Part shown: piece by piece, positions 1-5,664 of the stretch
Layout of the letters: each line of letters begins with the position of its first letter
How positions within the stretch are numbered: the stretch's first letter is position 1
Origin: an uncultured archaeon
Lineage (GTDB): Archaea > Iainarchaeota > Iainarchaeia > Iainarchaeales > CSSED10-239
Length of the DNA: 6,393 nucleotides
Assembly: GCA_964468895.1 (NCBI GenBank)
Contig: CAYXWT010000043.1
Location: forward strand, 1-6,393
Direction: 5' to 3'
Program-made: the position numbers and the translations under genes
Notes under the pieces: model-generated
What the model was told of the DNA's origin: nothing
What the model saw: the letters and a program-made list of their open reading frames with translations, nothing else
Databases searched by the model: none

Positions 1-102
1 AGAGATATTTATAAATATTTTATTACTATATTATATAGTATTTAATACATAATGTGTTTACTAAAAGAGTAATTTTTAAAAAAGATTAAAGTAGAAGAGA
101 AT

Positions 103-1566
103 ATGGTTTTAAGTAAAGAATTTGAAATTGAAGATTTTAATGATTGGTTTAATAATATTATTACCAAAGCAGAATTAGCTGATCTTAGATATAATGTTAA
201 AGGTATTGTAGTCTATAGACCTTGGTCAGTATATTCTATAAATAAAATGTTTAGAATTTTTGAAAATATATTAAGTAGTACTGGACATCAACAGGTTATT
301 CTTCCAACTCTGATACCTGAAGAGAATTTTTTAAAAGAAGGAGAACATGTTGAAGGATTTATTCCAGAAGTTTTTTGGGTTACTAAACATGGTAATGAAG
401 ATTTTGAAAACAAACTTGCTTTAAGACCTACAAGTGAAACCGCTTTTTATTATATGTTTAAGTATTGGTTACAAAGTTATAAAGAACTACCAATGAAAAC
501 ATATCAAAGAGCAAATATATTTAGATATGATACTAAAGCTACTAAACCTTTTTTTAGAGGTAGAGAGTTTTATTTTTTTGAAACACATAATCTTTTTGAA
601 ACTTATGAAGAATCTGTTGATGAAGTATTTAATGATATGCAAATTAGTGAAGATATTATTCATGAAGAACTTGGAGTTCCATTTTTGTTTTTTAAAAGAC
701 CACAATGGGATAAATTTCCTGGTGCACTTGATACTTATGGTGCAGATACTTTAATGCCTAATGGTAAATTAACACAGTTAGTAACAACTCATACTTTAGG
801 ACAAAGATTTACAAAGGCTTTTGAAGTTAAATATAAAGATAAAGATGAAATTGAAAAATATCCATATGGTACTTGTTATGGCCCTGGTATTACTAGAATG
901 TATGGTGCTATGATTTCTGTTCATGGTGATAAACTTGGTTTAAGATTACCTTTTAATTTTTCTCCAATTGAAATTATAATGTTACCTTTATATTTTAATG
1001 ATGTTGATGAAGAAAAATTAGAGAGTTTATGTTTAGAAATTGCTGAAGATTTAGATAAACTTGGTTATAAAGTTAAAATTGACGATCAAAAAGAAAAAAG
1101 ACCAAAAGAAAGATTTAATTACTATGAAACTAAAGGTGTGCCAATTAGGTTAGAAATTGGACCTAAAGATTTAGAAAACCAAACCGTTACTATTTTTAGA
1201 AGAGATTTAAATTCTAAAATTATAGTCCCTATTTCAGAATTATTTGAAGAAGTTGATAAGATTGCTGATGAGTTTACTTTAAATCTAAAAGAGCAAGCTG
1301 ATTTAGAATTTAATAATAGAATAATTTCTGCAAATAATATTAAAGATATTAAAAAAGAATTAGATCAAGGAAAAATGGTTAAAATTCCATTTTGTAGTAT
1401 TGATATGGATGGTAAAAGTTGTGCTAATGAACTTAAAACAATAACTAATGGTGCAGAAGTTAGAGGGATTAGAGTTGATAGTGATAATAAACCTACTGAT
1501 GAAGAAGTTTGTCCAATTTGTGGTAAAAAAGCTACTGAATATGTGTATGTAGCTAAAAGTTATTAA
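103..1566 (+). CDS. proS: Prolyl-tRNA synthetase, archaeal/eukaryote-like class IIa type with C-terminal zinc-binding domain
   Basis: 487-aa ORF. Class II motif 2 region LALRPTSETAFYYMFKYW...FRGREFYFFETH. Motif 3 region GPGITRMYGAMISVHGDKLGLRLP. Anticodon-binding domain signature YETKGVPIRLEIGPKDLE..VTIFRRD. C-terminal Cys cluster (FCS..SCANE...CPICGKK) and a terminal ...AKSY tyrosine, characteristic of archaeal-type ProRS. No bacterial INS editing insertion. Confidence 0.93.
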   Translation: MVLSKEFEIEDFNDWFNNIITKAELADLRYNVKGIVVYRPWSVYSINKMFRIFENILSSTGHQQVILPTLIPEENFLKEGEHVEGFIPEVFWVTKHGNEDFENKLALRPTSETAFYYMFKYWLQSYKELPMKTYQRANIFRYDTKATKPFFRGREFYFFETHNLFETYEESVDEVFNDMQISEDIIHEELGVPFLFFKRPQWDKFPGALDTYGADTLMPNGKLTQLVTTHTLGQRFTKAFEVKYKDKDEIEKYPYGTCYGPGITRMYGAMISVHGDKLGLRLPFNFSPIEIIMLPLYFNDVDEEKLESLCLEIAEDLDKLGYKVKIDDQKEKRPKERFNYYETKGVPIRLEIGPKDLENQTVTIFRRDLNSKIIVPISELFEEVDKIADEFTLNLKEQADLEFNNRIISANNIKDIKKELDQGKMVKIPFCSIDMDGKSCANELKTITNGAEVRGIRVDSDNKPTDEEVCPICGKKATEYVYVAKSY

Positions 1567-1596
1567 TACTTAAAATAAATCTTTTAAGAAAGAAAT

Positions 1597-3339
1597 ATGA
1601 AATTTAAAGAAATATCTAATTATTTGGAAAAAATAAATAATACTTCTAGTCGTTTAGAGATAACTTCTATTCTTTATGAATTATTTACTAATTTTGAAAA
1701 AGAAAATATTTCTAAATTAATTTATTTTTGTAAAGGTGATCTTGATGCTAAATATAAATCTGATGAACTAAATATTGGCCCTAATATATTACTTAATCTT
1801 ATTAGTGAATATTTAAGTTTACCTTTGGAAAATATTAAAAAAGATTTTTATGAACTTGGTGATTTAGGTTTAGTTATAGAAAAAAATTATGGTTCATTAA
1901 AACAAAAAACTCTTTTTTCAAAGGAACTTTCTTTTGAAGATGTTTATTTAACTTTTAAAAAAATATCTCTGATTTCTGGAAACGGTTCTATTGATCAAAA
2001 ACAAAAACTTTTCAAATATATCTTATTTAATTCAGATTCTGTTTCTGCAAAATATATTGTTAGATTTCCATTATCATTTAGATTAGGATTTTCAGATTCT
2101 ACTATTATTGATGCATTAAGTTTAGTTGATAAATCTTTTGATTCTAAAAAAGCAAAAGAATTAATAACTTCTAAATATCTAATAGTTTCTGATTTAGGAT
2201 TAATTGCTGATATTATATTTAATAAGGGAATAGAATATCTTAAAGAATTAAGTATTACTCCTTTTATTCCTATTAAATCTCAACTTTGTGAACGAGCTAA
2301 AAGTATTACTGAAATTATAGAACGTTTAAGTAATAAAGATCAAAAAGTTTTTGCAGTAGATAGTAAAATTGATGGTTTTAGACAACAAGTTCATAAAAAA
2401 GGAGATGTTATTAAAATATTTACTAGACAAGAAAGTGAAGTTAGTGATACTTTTCCAGATTTAGTAGAAGAACTAAAAAAAATAAATATGGATTTTATAA
2501 TAGATTGTGAAGCTATTGGTTATGATGCAGAAAATAAGAAATATCATTCATTTCAAGTTACAATGCAAAGAAAAAGAAAATATAATCTTAAAGAAAAAAG
2601 TAAAGAATTGCCTTTACATCTAAAAGTATTTGATTTATTGTATCTAAATGGAAAAGAAATATATAATCTCCCTTTTAAAGAAAGAAGAAAATTACTTGAG
2701 AAATATTTTAATATTTCTGAAATTGTTAAAACTACTGAATTGATTTATACTGATAGTGTTGAAAAAACAAAAGCTTTTTTTAATAATAGATTAGATTTAA
2801 ATTTTGAAGGAATTATTTGTAAAGATATTAATGAAACTTATAAAGCTGGTTCTAGAGGTTATAGCTGGATTAAATTTAAAAAATCTTATGATAAAGTGCA
2901 TGATACTGTTGATGCGATAATAGCAGGTGTGTTTTATGGTCAAGGTAGAAGGAGTGAGTTAGGAATAGGTGCCATCCTTACAGCTTTATTTGATTCTAAT
3001 ACTAATAAGTATTATACGGTTGCAAAATTAGGTTCTGGATTAAGTGAAGATATTATAAAAGAACTAAATATTAAATTTGAAGGTTTAAAATCTATTAAAA
3101 AACCCCTTAATTTAGTTAGTAATATTACTCCTGATTACTACATAACTCCAAAAATAACTATTGAAATTAATTTTGATGAAATTACAAGAAGCTCAGTTCA
3201 CACTGCTTGTTATGATGAAGAATTAAAACAAGGTTTAGCACTTAGATTTCCTAGATTAGTTAGAATTAGAAGTGATAAAGAAAATGAAACAAATTCTTTA
3301 GAAACTTTAAATAAACTTTATATTTATCAAAATCAATAA
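1597..3339 (+). CDS. lig: ATP-dependent DNA ligase (Lig1/archaeal three-domain type: DNA-binding, adenylation and OB domains)
   Basis: 580-aa ORF. N-terminus ...NNTSSRLEITSILYELF is typical of archaeal ligase DNA-binding domains. Motif I is DSKIDGFR, with the adenylated lysine K257 at 2365-2367. Motif III FIIDCEAI, motif IIIa VFDLLYLNGKEIYNLPFKERRKLLE, motif IV EGIICKD, motif V SWIKFKK, motif VI LRFPRLVRIRSDK. Confidence 0.95.
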   Translation: MKFKEISNYLEKINNTSSRLEITSILYELFTNFEKENISKLIYFCKGDLDAKYKSDELNIGPNILLNLISEYLSLPLENIKKDFYELGDLGLVIEKNYGSLKQKTLFSKELSFEDVYLTFKKISLISGNGSIDQKQKLFKYILFNSDSVSAKYIVRFPLSFRLGFSDSTIIDALSLVDKSFDSKKAKELITSKYLIVSDLGLIADIIFNKGIEYLKELSITPFIPIKSQLCERAKSITEIIERLSNKDQKVFAVDSKIDGFRQQVHKKGDVIKIFTRQESEVSDTFPDLVEELKKINMDFIIDCEAIGYDAENKKYHSFQVTMQRKRKYNLKEKSKELPLHLKVFDLLYLNGKEIYNLPFKERRKLLEKYFNISEIVKTTELIYTDSVEKTKAFFNNRLDLNFEGIICKDINETYKAGSRGYSWIKFKKSYDKVHDTVDAIIAGVFYGQGRRSELGIGAILTALFDSNTNKYYTVAKLGSGLSEDIIKELNIKFEGLKSIKKPLNLVSNITPDYYITPKITIEINFDEITRSSVHTACYDEELKQGLALRFPRLVRIRSDKENETNSLETLNKLYIYQNQ

Positions 3340-3347
3340 TAGGTTAT

Positions 3348-3355
3348 TTAAATAT
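3348..3355 (+). promoter_or_regulatory. Candidate archaeal TATA box (TTTAAATA) for the exonuclease gene; implies a leaderless or near-leaderless mRNA
   Basis: TTTAAATA is centred about 24 nt upstream of the ATG at 3374. No Shine-Dalgarno-like purine tract lies between it and the ATG. Confidence 0.4.
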
Positions 3356-3373
3356 TTTATATAACTATTATAT

Positions 3374-3961
3374 ATGCAAGATAAAATTTCTATTTATGAT
3401 TTACCAAGCTTTGATTCTTATATTGTTTTAGATACTGAAACTACTTATAATTATAAAAACAGTAGAGAAGAATTAATTGAGTTTTGTGGTTTTGAAATTA
3501 ACAATTCTTTTGATATTTTAAATAAATTTGAATTTATTGTTAATCCAAATTGTAAAATTACTAAACAAACCTTTGAAATAACAGGTATTTGTGATGATCA
3601 TGTTATAGGTAAACCAAGTGTAGATATTTATTTAGATAAATTGCATTCCTTCATACATAACAAAAACATTTTTGCTCATAATGCTAATTTTGATAAAAGA
3701 GTTTTAGAAAATGCTTTTCATAAATATTCTGCTAACATTCCTAATTGTAATTTTGTAGATACTTTAAAGATTGCAAGAAATATATTTCCTTCTCAAAGTA
3801 ATTCTTTAACAAGTCTTAAAAAAAGATTTAATATTGAGTATGAATCACATAGAGCTAGAGGAGATGTATTAGCTACTATTGAACTAATTTCAAGATTTAA
3901 TGATATTTACAAAGAAAGAGGAATAAGTTTATTTAAAACTCTAGATGATTTTAGAATTTAA
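3374..3961 (+). CDS. DnaQ/Pol III epsilon-like DEDDh 3'-5' exonuclease (stand-alone, 195 aa)
   Basis: Exo I is IVLDTETT (D20 at 3431-3433, E22). Exo II is IFAHNANFDKRVL (D107). Exo III is SHRARGDVLAT (H159-x4-D164, the DEDDh subtype). The size is typical of a single-domain exonuclease. DNA versus RNA substrate cannot be told from the sequence. Confidence 0.85.
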   Translation: MQDKISIYDLPSFDSYIVLDTETTYNYKNSREELIEFCGFEINNSFDILNKFEFIVNPNCKITKQTFEITGICDDHVIGKPSVDIYLDKLHSFIHNKNIFAHNANFDKRVLENAFHKYSANIPNCNFVDTLKIARNIFPSQSNSLTSLKKRFNIEYESHRARGDVLATIELISRFNDIYKERGISLFKTLDDFRI

Positions 3962-3972
3962 TTCTATTAATA

Positions 3973-4006
3973 TTGTTTTACTTAATACTAAAAACAAACT
4001 TTTTTT
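3973..4006 (+). terminator. Weak hairpin plus T7 tract downstream of the exonuclease gene
   Basis: TTGTTTT (3973-3979) pairs with AAAACAA (3991-3997) across an 11-nt loop. It is followed by AC and a T7 run at 4000-4006, about 40 nt past the stop codon. An oligo-T tract is the usual archaeal termination signal. Confidence 0.4.
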
Positions 4007-4073
4007 AAGTTTTATTTCTTTGTTTGATATAACTAAATACTTTTTAAAAAATATTATGATAATCTTCTGAAAC

Positions 4074-4090
4074 GGTTACAAATTGTAACC
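4074..4090. repeat. Perfect palindrome GGTTACAA-A-TTGTAACC (8-nt arms); candidate operator or hairpin
   Basis: Read directly from the sequence. The flanks extend it imperfectly (AAC ... aGTT). It lies 89-105 nt upstream of the ORF4 ATG and is the most GC-containing symmetric element in this 217-nt spacer. Confidence 0.5.
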
Positions 4091-4112
4091 AGTTGATATT
4101 ATTATCTTTTGA

Positions 4113-4145
4113 TTATAAAATAAGATAAAAGTATATGTTTAAATA
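4113..4145 (+). promoter_or_regulatory. Candidate TATA boxes for the RHH gene (TTATAAAA 4113-4120; TTTAAATA 4138-4145)
   Basis: A/T-rich TATA-like octamers sit 34-66 nt upstream of the ATG at 4179. The second is identical to the octamer upstream of the exonuclease gene. Which one is used cannot be decided from the sequence. Confidence 0.35.
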
Positions 4146-4178
4146 TAGTTTTTTAGTATAATATTTAAAGGTGATTAT

Positions 4179-4406
4179 ATGACTGATGTAACTACTATTC
4201 AACTTGATAAATCTGTTGTAAGTGCTTTAAAGAAATTAAAAGATTATCCTAGACAACCTTATAATGAGTTAATTATTAATTTAATAGCATGTAGTAAGAA
4301 AGTAAAAATGAGAAATCAATATAGTAAATTTCTTCATAAAATCCAACAAACAAAAATGAAAGAGTTGTGGGATAATAAAGATAATGAGATTTGGCAAGAT
4401 GTTTAA
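4179..4406 (+). CDS. Small ribbon-helix-helix protein, VapB-like putative antitoxin/transcriptional regulator (75 aa)
   Basis: AGGTGA Shine-Dalgarno at 4169-4174, 4 nt before the ATG. The N-terminus TTIQLDKSVVSALKKLKDYPRQPYNELIINLI fits a beta-alpha-alpha RHH pattern and resembles archaeal VapB/DUF217-type antitoxins (recalled pattern TIxLxxxxxxxLxxLK....SYxxxIxxLI). The C-terminal tail ELWDNKDNEIWQDV resembles the W..(E/D)D..W.DL tail seen on many small antitoxins. The functional call is by eye only. Confidence 0.55.
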   Translation: MTDVTTIQLDKSVVSALKKLKDYPRQPYNELIINLIACSKKVKMRNQYSKFLHKIQQTKMKELWDNKDNEIWQDV

Positions 4407-4520
4407 ACATGTTTATTATGATTAAAGATAATGGTATTAAACATCTTAGTAATTTAATGAAGTAATTTTAGATTTATTCTATTTAAAAAAATAGAACTTT
4501 CTAAAACTGGCATTAAAATA

Positions 4521-4553
4521 ATTAGAATGGAAAAAAAGAAAAAAAGAATAAAT
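4521..4553. repeat. Copy A of an imperfect direct repeat: ATTAGAATGGAAAAAAAGAAAAAAAGAATAAAT
   Basis: It aligns with 5622-5653 at about 27 matched positions of 34 aligned columns, with 4 mismatches and 3 gap columns, counted by hand. This includes an exact ATTAGAAT and an exact GAAAAAA. Confidence 0.5.
4531..4545 (-). terminator. Oligo-T terminator (T7-C-T7 on the minus strand) downstream of the Bro-N gene
   Basis: The plus strand reads AAAAAAAGAAAAAAA. This starts 29 nt past the stop codon at 4574-4576. Confidence 0.45.
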
Positions 4554-4573
4554 CTATAAAATTTAATATTGTC

Positions 4574-5425
4574 TTATTTATCTTTTCTATTTTCTAACTT
4601 CTTTTTATTTTTGGAAATATAAATATAATTTTTTTTAGATAATAAAGATTTACCAATTTTATTTTCAAGTTCTGTACGGGTGTTTTTAGCAATATTCCCA
4701 CCATCTTTAGCTATTGATTTTAGTTTAGGAAATGTTTTTGCGTCTTTGGTTATAGTAATATCATTTGTTGCTTTTTCTCCTAACATCGTTAAAATTAATT
4801 CCCAATCAGTCATATGATCTCTTAAATTTTGATTTGGTTTTTCTAAACTTTTAAATTCTTTATATTCTTTAATGGTTTTACCAAAAGTTGCTGTTGATAT
4901 TTCGTTTGTTAAAATTGCAAAATCTGTTTTTTCTTTAACACCTCTATTTTTCCATTCACCTGTTAAATCTTGTCTTATTGCTATACCTCTTAATCTTTTA
5001 TCAATCCAATCTTTAGGATATCTTTTTAATTCATAATATTGTTTAACTCTATTTTGAGCAAGTTCTGGATTTTCTATTTCATCTATTCTTTCTTTTCCTA
5101 CTCTTGCTAACCATCTTTTGAAAGGTTCAGCTTTTTTACTTGGAACCGATTGAATAAGACGAAAAACATTTTTATTATTTCCTGCAAGTATAGTTCTTTT
5201 TTTGCCAGTTTTAGTAATCATTTCTACATAGGGACAATTTGTCCCTATGTAACTGCCAAGTTCTTTATCTCTTCTTCTAAGTTTTTTTAAATAATCAGTA
5301 GGATTAATACTTTCTGTTAAGGCCATAATAATATCAACCAAAGAATAATACCATTCATCTTTAAACCAAGTTCTTTTAATTTTTTTATTTTGAAACACAA
5401 TTAATGAGTTTTCTTTTGACAACAT
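4574..5425 (-). CDS. Bro-N domain protein with DinD-like C-terminal region (BRO family; mobile-element-associated; function unknown)
   Basis: N-terminal Bro-N pattern LIVFQNKKIKRTWFKDEWYYSLVDIIMALTES.NPTDYLKKLRRR. The central block FRLIQSVPSKKAEPFKRWLARVGKERIDEIENPELA is highly conserved in this family. The C-terminal FAILTNEIS...NLRDHMTDWELILTMLGE...IAKDGGNIAKNTR resembles DNA-damage-inducible protein D as I recall it. Start placed at the ATG at 5425-5423, preceded by GGTG (plus-strand cacc at 5431-5434) at 5-nt spacing. The ORF track's extension to 5461 begins with TTG and adds 12 residues not expected in the family. Confidence 0.8.
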   Translation of the reverse strand: MLSKENSLIVFQNKKIKRTWFKDEWYYSLVDIIMALTESINPTDYLKKLRRRDKELGSYIGTNCPYVEMITKTGKKRTILAGNNKNVFRLIQSVPSKKAEPFKRWLARVGKERIDEIENPELAQNRVKQYYELKRYPKDWIDKRLRGIAIRQDLTGEWKNRGVKEKTDFAILTNEISTATFGKTIKEYKEFKSLEKPNQNLRDHMTDWELILTMLGEKATNDITITKDAKTFPKLKSIAKDGGNIAKNTRTELENKIGKSLLSKKNYIYISKNKKKLENRKDK

Positions 5426-5460
5426 AATTACACCATAGCATTTTTTAAAATTTAATAACA

Positions 5461-5477
5461 ATTATATATAATATAAA
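5461..5477 (-). promoter_or_regulatory. Candidate TATA region for the Bro-N gene (minus strand TTTATATTATATATAAT)
   Basis: It lies 36-52 nt upstream of the ATG at 5425. That would give a short leader containing the GGTG Shine-Dalgarno element. This is AT-only sequence in an AT-rich spacer, so the call is weak. Confidence 0.3.
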
Positions 5478-5621
5478 GATTAAAGATAGTTATAATACTT
5501 TTTAAAGGGTACTTGGCCGTAGCAAATAAAGAACTAAAACTTAAAAAGAGTTTATTTTTATATAATATTTCTGATGTGTTATTTAAATGTTTAGCTTTTA
5601 CTTATATTAATTGTAAAAAGA

Positions 5622-5653
5622 ATTAGAATAGAAAAAAGGGGAAAAAAGTAAAT
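5622..5653. repeat. Copy B of the imperfect direct repeat: ATTAGAATAGAAAAAAGGGGAAAAAAGTAAAT
   Basis: See copy A. The two copies are 1101 nt apart in the same orientation. Each lies just 3' of a minus-strand gene. Confidence 0.5.
5632..5647 (-). terminator. Oligo-T terminator (T6-C4-T6 on the minus strand) downstream of the KaiC-like gene
   Basis: The plus strand reads AAAAAAGGGGAAAAAA. This starts 18 nt past the stop codon at 5665-5667. Confidence 0.45.
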
Positions 5654-5664
5654 AAAACAATAAA

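Noticed and set aside
487-705. 72-aa ORF on the minus strand inside proS
   Set aside because: It lies entirely within the well-supported ProRS frame. The translation is low-complexity F/K/I/N-rich with no recognisable motif. Such antisense ORFs are expected in AT-rich DNA, where stop codons are depleted opposite a coding frame.
527-754. 75-aa ORF on the plus strand, in an alternative frame inside proS
   Set aside because: It overlaps the conserved motif 2 region of ProRS out of frame. The product is a hydrophobic low-complexity sequence with no start context or homology signal.
4051-4070. Box C/D sRNA-like elements (ATGATAA followed by CTGA; also CTGATGTG at 5571-5578)
   Set aside because: The C-like and D-like boxes are only 4 nt apart, leaving no room for a 10-12 nt guide. 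There are no C'/D' boxes and no terminal stem. This looks like a chance match in AT-rich sequence.
4399-4413. Palindromes ATGTTTAAACAT and AACATGTT overlapping the ORF4 stop codon
   Set aside because: They are short and almost pure A/T, and they overlap coding sequence and the stop codon. They are likely chance. They are noted only because they sit at the ORF4/stub-ORF junction.
5426-5461. 12-codon N-terminal extension of the Bro-N ORF (MLLNFKKCYGVI) given in the ORF track
   Set aside because: The extension starts with TTG, not ATG. The internal ATG at 5425 is preceded by GGTG at ideal spacing, and family members begin shortly before the conserved (I/V)xxF....I(R/K) strand. The extension would also consume the promoter-proximal leader.
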